Origin: an uncultured delta proteobacterium
Lineage (GTDB): Bacteria > Myxococcota_A > Polyangia > Palsa-1104
DNA length: 64,000 bases
Assembly: GCA_963785725.1 (NCBI GenBank)
Contig: CAWAWS010000039.1
Location: forward strand, 723,850-787,849
Direction of reading: 5' to 3'
Part shown: piece by piece, positions 1-9,680 of the stretch
Numbering within the stretch: position 1 is the first letter of the stretch
Layout of the letters: each line of letters opens with the position of its first letter
The notes under the pieces: model-generated
Database searches by the model: none
Seen by the model: the letters and a program-made list of their open reading frames with translations, nothing else
Told to the model about the DNA's origin: nothing
Translations under genes and position numbers: made by a program

Positions 1-364
1 GATCGTGCTCGACGCCGGCTTTCCCGGCGACGCGGTCAAGGCGGCCTACGACTCGCTGGCGCGTGCCGCGCGCGCGCTGTTGCCGGCGGGTGCAGCCGAC
101 GGTCACGCGGCGCTCGTGGCCGCGATCTATCGCGATCTGGTTCCGGCCGGCCGGGTTCCGGCGGCTTTTCACGCGGTATTGGCGCGTTCGCATGATCTGG
201 CGCAGCTCGAAGGACACGGCATCGAGGTCGAGCGTGAGCTGGCGGCCGAGGTCGTCGCCGAGGCCGGGCAATGGCTAGCGCGTCTGGAGCGCGAGCCCAA
301 CACGAGCAGCGCGCCCCCGCTTCGCGTGTCGGCCGCCGAGCCGCTCGCCGAGGGGCGGCGATGA
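1..364 (+). CDS. 3' end of a gene entering from the left; C-terminal HEPN-like helical domain
   Basis: Frame is open from the window start. LDAGFPGDAVKAAYDSLARAARALL...GHAALVAAIYRDLV...EVVAEAGQWL resembles the HEPN (UPF0332-type) pattern. The stop overlaps the next ATG (ATGA 361-364). Confidence 0.5.
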   Translation, partial: IVLDAGFPGDAVKAAYDSLARAARALLPAGAADGHAALVAAIYRDLVPAGRVPAAFHAVLARSHDLAQLEGHGIEVERELAAEVVAEAGQWLARLEREPNTSSAPPLRVSAAEPLAEGRR

Positions 365-1311
365 AGCGACCGAAGCGTCCGCCGCCGCCCAAGCCCACGC
401 CGTCACGAGCCGCGACGGCGAAGACCCCAGCGGCGCAGCCGCCAACGGCGAAGGCGGCGAAGAAGCGAGCCGCGAAGAGGCCCGTGGCCGCGCGCGTGAA
501 GCAGCCGGTGGCCACGCGGGCGAAGCAGCGAGCGGCGCAATCCGGCGCGGCGGCGCGCGGCCGTCGGTCGGCGGCGCCCGTCGACGAGCCCGAATTCCGC
601 GCGCAACAGCTGATCTTCGATGCCTGGGAAACGCCGGATGCGGACCAGCGCGCCGAGCTCGCGCGCGAGGCGATCGGTCTGTGGCCCGACTGCGCCGACG
701 CCTATGGCCTGCTCGCGGCCGAATCGACGGAGCTTGGCGAGAAGATCGCCTTCTTTCATCAGGCGGTCGAGGCCGGCGCTCGCGCCATCGGCGAGCGTGC
801 CTTCGTCGAAGAGGCTGGCATGTTTTGGGGCGTCTTGGAGACGCGCCCGTATATGCGCGCCCGCGCCGGCTTGGCCGGCTGCCTGCGCGAGCGCGGCGAT
901 TCGGCGGCGGCCGCCGACCACTACCAGGCCTTGCTGCAGCTCAACCCCGACGATAACCAGGGCCTACGCTATCTGCTCGCGTCGTGCCTGCTCGAGATCG
1001 AGCGTCACGATGCGCTGTCGGCGCTGCTCGCGCGCTATCGCGACGAGGCGTCGGCCGCGTGGGCGTATACGCGCGCGCTGCTCGGCTTTCGTCTACTGGG
1101 CGACTCCGCGCGCACCCAGCGCGCGCTGCGCGACGCGGTGGCCGTCAACCGGCACGTGCCGGCGCTGCTGCTGGCGAAGAAGCGGCCGCGCCATCTGCCC
1201 GATTGGGTCGGCTTCGGCGACGAGAACGAGGCGCTCGTGTACGTCGACGACAGCTTGCGCGCGTGGATGCGGACCGCGGGCGCGCTCGAGTGGCTGCGGC
1301 GACGGGCCTGA
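361..1311 (+). CDS. ST7-like / TPR-type protein with basic low-complexity N-terminus
   Basis: AQQLIFDAWE...PDCADAY...FWGVLETRPYMRAR...LLQLNPDDNQGLRYLL motifs. ATG at 361 is coupled to the upstream stop. Confidence 0.7.
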   Translation: MKRPKRPPPPKPTPSRAATAKTPAAQPPTAKAAKKRAAKRPVAARVKQPVATRAKQRAAQSGAAARGRRSAAPVDEPEFRAQQLIFDAWETPDADQRAELAREAIGLWPDCADAYGLLAAESTELGEKIAFFHQAVEAGARAIGERAFVEEAGMFWGVLETRPYMRARAGLAGCLRERGDSAAAADHYQALLQLNPDDNQGLRYLLASCLLEIERHDALSALLARYRDEASAAWAYTRALLGFRLLGDSARTQRALRDAVAVNRHVPALLLAKKRPRHLPDWVGFGDENEALVYVDDSLRAWMRTAGALEWLRRRA

Positions 1312-1439
1312 CGCTCGGCGTGTGCGCGCGTCGTCGTGGTGCCGGCCACCGCGCGTGAAGATCGTGCCTAGCCGGCGCCCGCTTCGTGCACATAATCGTT
1401 CGGCTGTCGGCGGCTCGCCGCGGCACACAGGAGAACAGG

Positions 1440-1664
1440 ATGGCCAACCAGACCTGGTCGAAGGACATCGACGACCGGCACTACGACCTCGAGCTCAAAG
1501 ACGGCTACGCGACCGTCAGCAGCGTCGCGCCGCCGGAATACCACACGATGCAGTCGGCGCGCTGCACGCTGGCGGAGTTCGTCGCCGGGCAGATCAGCTC
1601 CGACGTGCGCCAGATCTTCGGCGACGGCGTGCTCGCCGAGGCGCTCTCCGTCGCCAAAGGCTGA
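1440..1664 (+). CDS. small hypothetical protein (74 aa)
   Basis: AGGAG RBS before ATG 1440. Typical GC3-rich codons and a globular-looking sequence (MANQTWSKDIDDRHYDLELK). Confidence 0.65.
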   Translation: MANQTWSKDIDDRHYDLELKDGYATVSSVAPPEYHTMQSARCTLAEFVAGQISSDVRQIFGDGVLAEALSVAKG

Positions 1665-1706
1665 AGTCGCCGGAGCGCGCGGCGCGTCGTGCTCGTCGTG
1701 ACCTGA

Positions 1707-2471
1707 TTACGGCGTGAGGCCGAGCGCCGGCGCGTAGCGCAGCCAGCGGTCGGCGCCGCTCTCGCGCGGCGGCGGCGTCAGCCCCATCGCGACGAGCTGC
1801 CGCCGATGTTCGTCGAATTCCGCCAGCTGCCGCTGCAACCCGGCGCCGACGTGCGCGCACACCGCCGCCGACGCCTCCTGCCCAATCCGCCGCATCGTCG
1901 CCGCCTGCGTCGGCTCGTCGGCGAGCGCCACCAGCTCGAACGTGAAGCGCCGCACGTCGTCGTCGTTCATGCGCGCCGCCGCCGGCGCCACCAGATCGAG
2001 CGCGGCGTTCGCGTCGCCGATGAGCGCGATCGCCAGCGACAGCGGCCAGCCGTCCTCGCGCCGGTCGATCGCGCGCAGCGTCGCCAGCGCGTCGGGCGGC
2101 AGCGGCTCGGCCAAGCTCGACGTCACCGACAGCGCCTCCACCGCCGGCCGCAAGAGCGTGCGATCGCCGTCCTGCAGCTGCGCCAGCGTCGGCGCGACGG
2201 CCGCCAGCACGCGCGCCACGGCCGAGCCCAGCTGCGGGCCGGCGGCGGCCAGCGTCGCCAGCTTCAAGAGGCGCTCGCAGACGAGATAATCGCCCTCGCG
2301 CAGCAGCTCACCGATGGCGAACGGCAGCCGCGAATCCTGCTCGACGAGCGGCACCAGCCACTGCAGCGCCACCTGATCGCCGACGTCGCCGCGCGGCTGC
2401 TCGAACGGCTCCTTGGCTTCGGCGCGCAGCCAATCGATGAGCGGCCCTTTGGCGGGCATCGGCGTTCGCAT
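1707..2471 (-). CDS. alpha-helical hypothetical protein, candidate immunity protein for the upstream DUF4157 toxin
   Basis: Starts 12 nt after the stop of the DUF4157 gene on the same strand. Leu/Ala-rich helical sequence, no signal peptide. Confidence 0.65.
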   Translation of the reverse strand: MRTPMPAKGPLIDWLRAEAKEPFEQPRGDVGDQVALQWLVPLVEQDSRLPFAIGELLREGDYLVCERLLKLATLAAAGPQLGSAVARVLAAVAPTLAQLQDGDRTLLRPAVEALSVTSSLAEPLPPDALATLRAIDRREDGWPLSLAIALIGDANAALDLVAPAAARMNDDDVRRFTFELVALADEPTQAATMRRIGQEASAAVCAHVGAGLQRQLAEFDEHRRQLVAMGLTPPPRESGADRWLRYAPALGLTP

Positions 2472-2483
2472 CGCTTAGCCTAA

Positions 2484-4655
2484 CTAGCCTTTGGCGGTCT
2501 TCGGCGTCGTCGCGGTGCCGGTCGTCGTGCCGGTTGCCGCGGTCGCCGCAGCGCCGGGCGGCGCGCTTCCCGGCGTGGCCGCGGTCGCGGTCGCGGTCGT
2601 CGTCGTCGTGGCTGCCGGCGCGCCGGCGACGGGAGGCTTCTTGTCCGACGGCGCCGTAATCTCGCCCGGCGCACGCGTCGGCGACGGTGCCCCGCGCTCG
2701 TTGTTCGTCGACGTCTTGATGGCGGCGAGCATCTCCTTGATCTTGTCGCCCATCGGGATGGTCATCCCGCCGCGCAGGTACATGTCCGTCAAGTTCGGAA
2801 TCATGCCCTCGAGCGCCTGCTTCGCCTTCGGATCGGTCTCCTTGTCGATGCGCGCTTTGAGCTCGGGATCCTGCTTGAGCGCCTCGTCGCGCGCCTTCTG
2901 GATCGCGTTGCGAATCTCCGTCTCGGTGTCGGCCGTGGGAATGACCGCCTTGGCGTTCTTGACCGCGGAGACCGGCACTTTGCCGGCGAGGAACTCGTTG
3001 GCGCCGCCGCCGGTGACGCCGTACGCCTCGCCCGTCGGCCGCGAGACCCACAGCGAAGACTGCATGCCGTCGTAAGCCGTCGGACGACGCGCCTCCATCG
3101 TGCCCGCGGCCTTGGTCACGTCGACCTCGAACACGATGTTACCGTCGGGGAACCACTCCGGCTGCAGCGCCGCCAGCTCCAAGAGCTGCCCATAGCCCGC
3201 GTCGCTGGCGTTCTTGAGCTTGTAGGAATCGGGCGTAAACCACGTGCCCTTGTCGGGCATGATCGTGCCGCTGCCCTGATGCAGCAGCGGAGTGCCTTTC
3301 TTGGCGTCGTTCTTCCACAGATCGTAGGCGACCTGATCGACGTTGGGCATTCCCGCCGCCAGCGCCTTGTACGCGCCCTGATCGACCGCCGTATACCAAA
3401 AGCCCTTGAGCCCTTGCGTACGCTGCAACGCGTTGGGCAGCTTGCCGACGTCGAGCTTCTTGCCCTTGAAGCGCCAGTCCGCCGCCAGCGTATTCATGCA
3501 CTGGTTGTAGATGGTCTTCGGATTGACGGTCTCGGCGTTCGACTGAATCCACGTCGCCAGCTTGCCGTAAAAGGCCGCGCGCGCCGCCGCATGCCCGCCG
3601 TCTTCCATGTTCACTTCGGCTTTGACGTCGGCCAGCTTCTGCGTCGCCACCGGATCGGCCGCGCAGAACGCGTCGACGTCCGCTTCGCTCTTACACGCCT
3701 TGGCTTTTTCGATCTGCGCTTGCTTGGGATCGGCCGGCGCCGCGCCCGCCGGACCTTTGGCCGCCGGCGCCGCACCGGCCGGAGCGGCCGCCGCCGGACC
3801 TTTGGCTGGCGCGCGATGAATGCGCGTGCCGGCGCCGTAAAATTTGGCCGCGATCGCTGCCGGCTGGGCCGACGGCTTGGCCGCGCCCGCAGCGGCACCG
3901 GCCGCGTGAGCCGCGCCCGCGCCACCTTTGTGCTCGCCACCGGCGCCGCCTTTGTGCTCGCCGCCGGCCGCGTCGCCACCGGCTTTGTCGCCGCCAGCCG
4001 CGCCACCATCCGCTGCGCCGGCTTTGTCGCCGCCCTTTTTGTCGCCGTGCAGATCGCCGGCGACTTTCTCCGACACCGCGTCGGCCTCGACTTCAGCCGG
4101 CTCGTCGGGATTCGAGACTTCGCCGGCGCCGTGCGCGTGCTCGCCCTCGGCGCCTTCGCCGCCGGCCTCGGGCTTGCGCTGAATGCCCGACTTCTGCCCT
4201 TGCACGACGTGCGTCAGCTCGTGCGCGAGCAGCTTGTCGCCCTCTTTCGAGCCGGGCGCGAACTCGCCGCTGTTGAAGTGCACGTCGTTGCCGACGGTGA
4301 ATGCGCGCGCGCCGAGCTGCCCGGCCGCCTCCGCCGAAGACCCCGACGTATGCACGCGCACGCCCGACAGATCGGCGCCGAGTCGCGGCTCCATGCGCGC
4401 GCGCACGCCCTCGGGCAGCGACGAGCCGGCGGCTTGCGGAATCTTGGCCTCACCGGCCGCGCCGCTGGCTTTGCGCATCGCCGCCAGTCGCCGATCCAAG
4501 CTGGCCGCGACCTCTTGCCGCTCGGCGTTCACGGCGTCCATGCGCGACGCGCCGAACAGGCCCGTTTTACGCGGGAGCAGCGACGGCTGTGGATCGGCCG
4601 TGGTGCTCGACTGTCCTGCTTCCGGCGGCTTGTTCGCGCGTCCGCTGTCGCTCAT
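2484..4655 (-). CDS. DUF4157 (eCIS core domain) protein with Gly/Ala linker and putative C-terminal toxin domain
   Basis: LPEGVRARMEPRLGADLSGVRVHT...ARAFTVGNDVHF...LLAHELTHVVQ...IQRK...PAEVEADAV is the DUF4157 signature. C-terminal globular region with RRPTAYDG...GVTGGGANEF. Confidence 0.9.
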   Translation of the reverse strand: MSDSGRANKPPEAGQSSTTADPQPSLLPRKTGLFGASRMDAVNAERQEVAASLDRRLAAMRKASGAAGEAKIPQAAGSSLPEGVRARMEPRLGADLSGVRVHTSGSSAEAAGQLGARAFTVGNDVHFNSGEFAPGSKEGDKLLAHELTHVVQGQKSGIQRKPEAGGEGAEGEHAHGAGEVSNPDEPAEVEADAVSEKVAGDLHGDKKGGDKAGAADGGAAGGDKAGGDAAGGEHKGGAGGEHKGGAGAAHAAGAAAGAAKPSAQPAAIAAKFYGAGTRIHRAPAKGPAAAAPAGAAPAAKGPAGAAPADPKQAQIEKAKACKSEADVDAFCAADPVATQKLADVKAEVNMEDGGHAAARAAFYGKLATWIQSNAETVNPKTIYNQCMNTLAADWRFKGKKLDVGKLPNALQRTQGLKGFWYTAVDQGAYKALAAGMPNVDQVAYDLWKNDAKKGTPLLHQGSGTIMPDKGTWFTPDSYKLKNASDAGYGQLLELAALQPEWFPDGNIVFEVDVTKAAGTMEARRPTAYDGMQSSLWVSRPTGEAYGVTGGGANEFLAGKVPVSAVKNAKAVIPTADTETEIRNAIQKARDEALKQDPELKARIDKETDPKAKQALEGMIPNLTDMYLRGGMTIPMGDKIKEMLAAIKTSTNNERGAPSPTRAPGEITAPSDKKPPVAGAPAATTTTTATATAATPGSAPPGAAATAATGTTTGTATTPKTAKG

Positions 4656-4698
4656 TCCCCGACCCCCGAGTACGAACTATTACAAATTATCACTAGAG

Positions 4699-4725
4699 TT
4701 ATCGGCGGAACGTTCGAAAAGTTGC
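4699..4725 (-). promoter_or_regulatory. sigma28/FliA-like promoter, copy 1 (GCAACTTT-N11-GCCGATAA)
   Basis: Minus strand reads gcaacttt tcgaacgttcc gccgataa, ~44 nt upstream of the DUF4157 ATG. The same motif precedes the two other toxin genes. Confidence 0.75.
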
Positions 4726-4892
4726 TTCCTATTTGGCGCTGCCGCTCGCTGTGATCTCGGTTTCAGCGCGCGGCCGTGTCGCGCCACGGCCGTGGCCGAA
4801 CGCGCGATAGATTCGTGAGCTATTACGATGGCTTGCTTGGGTGTCGCGGAGGCTGTCGAGCGGCGGTGACGAGCGCCGCCGGAGCGGCGTGG

Positions 4893-5588
4893 CTAGATGC
4901 CGACGCTGCCGATCTGCTCGTAGGCCGAGCGCAGCCAGATCTTGACGCGCTGACGCTCGAGGAGGCTGAGGCTCTTGGTGTCGCTGTCGCTCTTGTGCTT
5001 GGCGGCCCAGAAGCTGGTGCTGGCGGCGTCGATCTTGGCGATGACGACCTCGTGCAGCCGCTTGAGCACGATGATCTTGGCGCCCAGCTCGAGCGCGCGT
5101 TCGCGCAGACCCGAGTCCTCGAAGACGTCGAAGTTGTCGCCGCGCAGCTGGTTGAGGACGATCGTGTATTGCAGGCGCGCGCCGAAGCGATCGAACAGCT
5201 TCTTCAGCAGCTCCACCGAATCGCGACCCGAGTCCATGACGTGCCAGTAACGGACGGTGAAGTCGTGGTCGCCGGCGAGCTCGAGCACGCCCGAGTCGTC
5301 CATCCAGCGCGCCAGCGCGTCCTGTGTCTGCGCGGCCAGGTCGACGAGGATGCGCTTGTCGCGATCGGCGGTCGCGGCTTCGACGATCGCGTCCAAGCTC
5401 TCGTAGCGATCGACCACGATCGGCGAGGCGTAGTCGGCGTAGAAGCGCAGCAAGGAGCCGTGCGAGCGATCGGTGTCGAAGCCCAAGAACGGAATGCTCT
5501 CGTCGATGAGGTACTGCGCGACGACCCGCGCCATGACCGACTTGCCGACTCCGCCCTTCTCGCCGCCGATGAGATGAATGTGGCCCAT
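4893..5588 (-). CDS. MinD/ParA-family P-loop protein (MobD-like mobilization protein family)
   Basis: IHLIGGEKGGVGKS deviant Walker A, FDTDRSH, ILVDLAAQ. Confidence 0.8.
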   Translation of the reverse strand: MGHIHLIGGEKGGVGKSVMARVVAQYLIDESIPFLGFDTDRSHGSLLRFYADYASPIVVDRYESLDAIVEAATADRDKRILVDLAAQTQDALARWMDDSGVLELAGDHDFTVRYWHVMDSGRDSVELLKKLFDRFGARLQYTIVLNQLRGDNFDVFEDSGLRERALELGAKIIVLKRLHEVVIAKIDAASTSFWAAKHKSDSDTKSLSLLERQRVKIWLRSAYEQIGSVGI

Positions 5589-5730
5589 GTGCGGCACATT
5601 TAGGGGGCAGGCCGAGAAAAAACGCTAGGAAAAGCTGCGCGCTGTTGCCGAGAATTCGCCGGAAGTTTCAAGCGTGTATCGCGATGATTCGGCGCCGCGC
5701 CGTCGACCCGATGCAGTCGCGCCCGCGAAG

Positions 5731-6627
5731 TCAGCGCGTCAGCGCGACGACGAACTCGAGGAAGGCGCGCAGCTTGGCCGAGTCGCGCTGCGGCGCGTGG
5801 TACGCGTACAGCGGATAGGTCTCGTCGGACCATTCGGGCAACACTTGCACGAGCCGGCCGTCGGCGAGCAGCGTGCGCGCATAAGGCTCGATGAGCTGCG
5901 TCACGCCCTGTCCGCCGAGGCAGGCGGCGAGCAGCGAGCCGGAGTCGCTCACCTGCAAGCGGCCGGCGGCGTTGACCGCGACCACCTTCTTGCCGCGCAC
6001 GAACTCCCAGGCGAAGGCGCTGCCCGTCGCCGGATTGCGCATGAGGACGCACTCGTGCTGCTCGATGTCGCGCGGCTTGCGCGGCGTTCCATGGCGCGCG
6101 AGGTAGTCGGGCGCGGCGCAGGTGATGATGCGCGTGCGCAAGAGCAGCCGCGCCTTGAGCGACGACGGCTCGGGGAAGCCGAAGCGGACGGCGGCGTCAA
6201 AGCCGTCGCTGACGAGGTCGCCCAGCCGATCGCGGACCGCAATGTCGACGAACAGCTGCGGATGGCGCGCCAAGAACGGCTGAATGCGCGGCGTGAGCAC
6301 GAACTGCCCGATGCCGGCGTCGACGTTGACGCGCAGCCGGCCGCGAATCTGCGTCGACGCGTCGGCGGCCTCGCTGGTGGCGTCGGCGATCGCGGCCAGG
6401 TGCGGCGCGATGGCGGTGTAGAAGCGGCGGCCTTCGTCGGTGAGCACGATGGCGCGGACGGTGCGATGGAAGATGCGCACGCCGACGCGCTCCTCGAGGC
6501 GGGCGATGGCGCGGCTGACGGCCGATTGCGTGAGCCCGAGCGCCTCGCCGGCGCGCACGAAGCTGCCGGCCTCGACGACGGCGCCGAGGAGCGCGAGGCC
6601 TTCCAACGACCGCCTGTCAACGCTCAT
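5731..6627 (-). CDS. LysR-family transcriptional regulator
   Basis: VVEAGSFVRAGEALGLTQSAVSRAIARLEERVGVRIFHRT HTH. Divergent from the NmrA/SDR genes. The start may instead be at 6642. Confidence 0.95.
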   Translation of the reverse strand: MSVDRRSLEGLALLGAVVEAGSFVRAGEALGLTQSAVSRAIARLEERVGVRIFHRTVRAIVLTDEGRRFYTAIAPHLAAIADATSEAADASTQIRGRLRVNVDAGIGQFVLTPRIQPFLARHPQLFVDIAVRDRLGDLVSDGFDAAVRFGFPEPSSLKARLLLRTRIITCAAPDYLARHGTPRKPRDIEQHECVLMRNPATGSAFAWEFVRGKKVVAVNAAGRLQVSDSGSLLAACLGGQGVTQLIEPYARTLLADGRLVQVLPEWSDETYPLYAYHAPQRDSAKLRAFLEFVVALTR

Positions 6628-6735
6628 GAGACCTACTTTCATGCATGTCGAGGCTTCCGAGTATGCACGTGCGGCAGTCTCGGCGAGGCGGCAATCTCAC
6701 CTACCACTAGTCCAACCGAGCGAGGCTGAATACGC

Positions 6736-7620
6736 ATGATCGTCGTCACCGCACCCACCAGCAACATCGGCCGCCAGGTCCTCGAGAATGTTTTGCGCGG
6801 CAACGAAGCCGTCCGCGTCATCGCGCGCGATCCGGCGCGCTTGCCGGCGGCGACGCGGGCGCGCGTCGAGGTCGTGACCGGCTCGCACGGCGACGCCGAC
6901 GTCGTCGAGCGCGCGTTCGCCGGCGCGCAGTCGGTCTTCTGGCTGGTGCCGCCGAATCTGCGCGCGCCCAGCGTTTTGGCCGCGTATGTCGACTTCACGC
7001 GACCGGCGTGCGCCGCTTGGCGCCGCCACGGCGTCGCGCGCGTCGTCGGCGTGTCGGCGCTCGGGCGCGGCGTGGTCGAGCGCGCCGGGCTCGTCAGCGC
7101 GGCCTTGGCGATGGATGATCTCATCGCCGGCAGCGGCGTCGCTTATCGCGCGCTGACCCTGCCGTCGTTCATGGAGAATATCCTGCGCCAGGTGGAGCCG
7201 ATTCGCAGTCGCGGGCTGTTCTTCGGGCCGATCGCCAGCCAGCTGAAGGCGCCGACCTGCGCCACGCGCGACATCGCCGCGGTCGCCGCCAAGCTGCTGC
7301 TCGATCACACGTGGAGCGGCAACGGCAGCGCGCCCGTGCTCGGGCCCGAGGATCTGTCGTTCGACGAGATGGCGCAGATCATGTCGGAGGTGCTCGGCAA
7401 GACGGTGCGCTACGAGCAGCTCTCGAGCGCGGCGTTCGCGGCGCGGCTCGGCGAGCAGGGCGCCTCGCCGGCGATGATCGCGGGCATGGTCGACATGATG
7501 ACGGCCAAGAACGCCGGGCTCGACAACGCCGAGCCGCGCACCCGCGAAAACACGACGCCGACGAGCTTCCGGCAGTGGTGCACGGAGATCCTGAAGCCGG
7601 CCGTCGCCCTGAATCTTTAA
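6736..7620 (+). CDS. NmrA-like NAD(P)H-binding protein
   Basis: MIVVTAPTSNIGRQV Rossmann-like start, FMEN, ATRDIAAVAA, GPEDLS. Confidence 0.9.
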   Translation: MIVVTAPTSNIGRQVLENVLRGNEAVRVIARDPARLPAATRARVEVVTGSHGDADVVERAFAGAQSVFWLVPPNLRAPSVLAAYVDFTRPACAAWRRHGVARVVGVSALGRGVVERAGLVSAALAMDDLIAGSGVAYRALTLPSFMENILRQVEPIRSRGLFFGPIASQLKAPTCATRDIAAVAAKLLLDHTWSGNGSAPVLGPEDLSFDEMAQIMSEVLGKTVRYEQLSSAAFAARLGEQGASPAMIAGMVDMMTAKNAGLDNAEPRTRENTTPTSFRQWCTEILKPAVALNL

Positions 7621-7695
7621 CCAACCACGCTAAATATTAACCAATGGGTTAAGTGGTTGCGATGCGCCGGTCAATGAACGAATAGGAGACGAGAG

Positions 7696-8451
7696 ATGCA
7701 GCTCAGTGGCAATACGATCCTCATAACCGGCGGGACGAGCGGCATTGGACGGGCGCTCGCCGAGGCCTTTCATCAGCGCGGCAATCAGGTGATCATCGCC
7801 GGGCGGCGCCGCGCGCTGCTCGACGAGATCACGGCTGCGCACCCGGGGATGCACGGGCTGCAGGTCGACGTCGACGATCCGCGCGCGCTCGCGGTCTTCG
7901 CGGCGGAGCTTCGGCGGCAGTTTCCCACGCTGAACGTGCTCATCAACAATGCCGGGATCTCGCGACGCGAGGACCTTCGCAACGGTGAGCGTGACGTGGC
8001 CGCGGCGCTGGCGATGATCAACACCAATATCGTGAGCGTCTTGCAGTTGACGGCGGCGCTGTTGCCGCTGCTCGAGCGGCAGCCGCGCGCGACCGTGATG
8101 GCGACGACGTCGGGCTTGGCGTTTCTACCGCTCGCCGATTATCCGACGTACTGCGCGACCAAGGCGTTCCTGCATTCGTGGTTGCAGTCGCTGCGCTCGC
8201 AATTGCGCCAGACGTCGGTGGAGGTGCTCGAGCTCATTCCGCCTTATGTGCAGACCGAGCTGAGTGGGGCGAGCCAGGCGACGGATCCGAATGCCATGCC
8301 GCTGGCAGATTATGTCGCCGAAGTGATGCGGGCGCTGGCGGAGCCGCAGCCGGCGCGCGGGGAGATCCTCGTCGAGCGGGCGGCGGCGCTGCGCTGGGCG
8401 GAGCAGAACGGGCAGTACGATCGGCTGTTCAGCGCGCGCAACGAACGCTGA
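7696..8451 (+). CDS. short-chain dehydrogenase/reductase (DltE-like)
   Basis: TILITGGTSGIG, LINNAG, YCATKA catalytic YxxxK, GGAG RBS. Confidence 0.95.
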   Translation: MQLSGNTILITGGTSGIGRALAEAFHQRGNQVIIAGRRRALLDEITAAHPGMHGLQVDVDDPRALAVFAAELRRQFPTLNVLINNAGISRREDLRNGERDVAAALAMINTNIVSVLQLTAALLPLLERQPRATVMATTSGLAFLPLADYPTYCATKAFLHSWLQSLRSQLRQTSVEVLELIPPYVQTELSGASQATDPNAMPLADYVAEVMRALAEPQPARGEILVERAAALRWAEQNGQYDRLFSARNER

Positions 8452-8564
8452 TTTGAGCTTCGGTGGCGGCGTATCGGGCGTGGATTCGCCAGCTCGAGCG
8501 CGTGGCACAAAGCGTCCGGCCGACTCGATGCCCTCGATGCGCGGCTTCTAATCGTCCACGACGC

Positions 8565-9584
8565 TCAATGCCGGAGCGCGCGCGGCAATACGTACTGCGC
8601 GACATAGGTACGCAGCTTGGCGCGGGTGTCGTCGTCGAGCTGCAGCGTCACGTCGGGCATGATGCGCGAGGCGATCTCGTAAACGACGAAGAGATCGAGC
8701 TGGTGGTGAAAGGCCGAGTCGCTCAGTCGATCGAGCTGCGGCTCGGCCGCGACCTTACCTTTTTGCGTCTGATAGGCGGCGATGAGGTTGGCGAGGCATT
8801 CGTAATCCTGATTGTTGGTCCAGCCGGAGCTCCTCGGCATCTCGCCCAGCCAATAGGCCTTACACATGGCGAAGGCGATCCAGTGCGGCGTTTTGTCCGC
8901 CTCGAGGCGAATGTGCTCGGCGTCGACGCGATAGACGGCGGCGTGCGGCGCGAACGGCTGATCGTAGGGGACGATGCCGAGCCGCGCCGCCTCGCCGTGC
9001 GCGATGCTCAGCGCCGTCGGATTGCGCGGCCGCAACGTCAGCGTGTCGATGAGCGCCTCGCGCGCCTCGTCGAAGCGCATGAGCTTGATGAGCGCGTCCG
9101 CGCGATAGAGGTGGCCGCGATAGTGGTTGGGCGCGGCGGCGACCGCTCGATCGTAGGCCGCCAACGCCTCGGTCGGCTGCGCCGCGGCCAGGAAACAGTC
9201 GCCGATGTAGAGATCGAGGAACCAGGACGACGGCGAGAGGCGCTTGGATTCCTCGTATTTCTTGCGCGCGCCGTCCCAATCCTTGGCCTTGAACAGCCGT
9301 TCGGCGTCGGCGAGCGCCGGCTTGGCGGGCGCGGCCACCTCGCCGCAATCGACGAGCTGGCGCTTGCCGGCGACGACGCGGACGTCGGGGCAGTCGCGCG
9401 CGTGCCCTTCGGGCCACAGCGCCGCCGCGCTCTTGAGCTCGCCTCCGGCCGGCAGCTCCGCCACTTTATAGGTGATCTTCGAGCGCTCCATCGCCGCTTG
9501 ATAGTCGGCCAGCGTGTGACCGGGGCTCTCGGCCCAGGCGACGCTCGAGGTCAACAGAACGGCGATCGTCCACGGCGCATGCAT
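8565..9584 (-). CDS. secreted TPR-containing protein
   Basis: Signal peptide (TIAVLLTSSVAWA) and TPR-like helices (EALAAYDRAVAAAPNHYRGHLYRADAL). Confidence 0.8.
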   Translation of the reverse strand: MHAPWTIAVLLTSSVAWAESPGHTLADYQAAMERSKITYKVAELPAGGELKSAAALWPEGHARDCPDVRVVAGKRQLVDCGEVAAPAKPALADAERLFKAKDWDGARKKYEESKRLSPSSWFLDLYIGDCFLAAAQPTEALAAYDRAVAAAPNHYRGHLYRADALIKLMRFDEAREALIDTLTLRPRNPTALSIAHGEAARLGIVPYDQPFAPHAAVYRVDAEHIRLEADKTPHWIAFAMCKAYWLGEMPRSSGWTNNQDYECLANLIAAYQTQKGKVAAEPQLDRLSDSAFHHQLDLFVVYEIASRIMPDVTLQLDDDTRAKLRTYVAQYVLPRALRH

Positions 9585-9626
9585 GGGATGACTTTACCGC
9601 CGTTGGGTTAGAATTTTCGCCTCCGC

Positions 9627-9653
9627 TGTCGATTGGCGCGCGCCGCGTTCGTA
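9627..9653 (+). promoter_or_regulatory. ECF42-type promoter (TGTCGA-N17-CGTA)
   Basis: tgtcga ttggcgcgcgccgcgtt cgta directly upstream of a YciI/ECF42 remnant. Confidence 0.5.
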
Positions 9654-9680
9654 TAGAAGCCGAAAGAGAGGCGCTTCCCC

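Noticed and set aside
3700..4060. Short tandem repeats (GGDK/GGEHK units) as a possible CRISPR or VNTR
   Set aside because: They are in-frame low-complexity linker repeats within the DUF4157 gene, with no repeat-spacer structure.
5610..5660. GCCGAGAA elements as further copies of the sigma28-like motif
   Set aside because: Wrong orientation for the adjacent gene and no GCAACTTT at 11-nt spacing.
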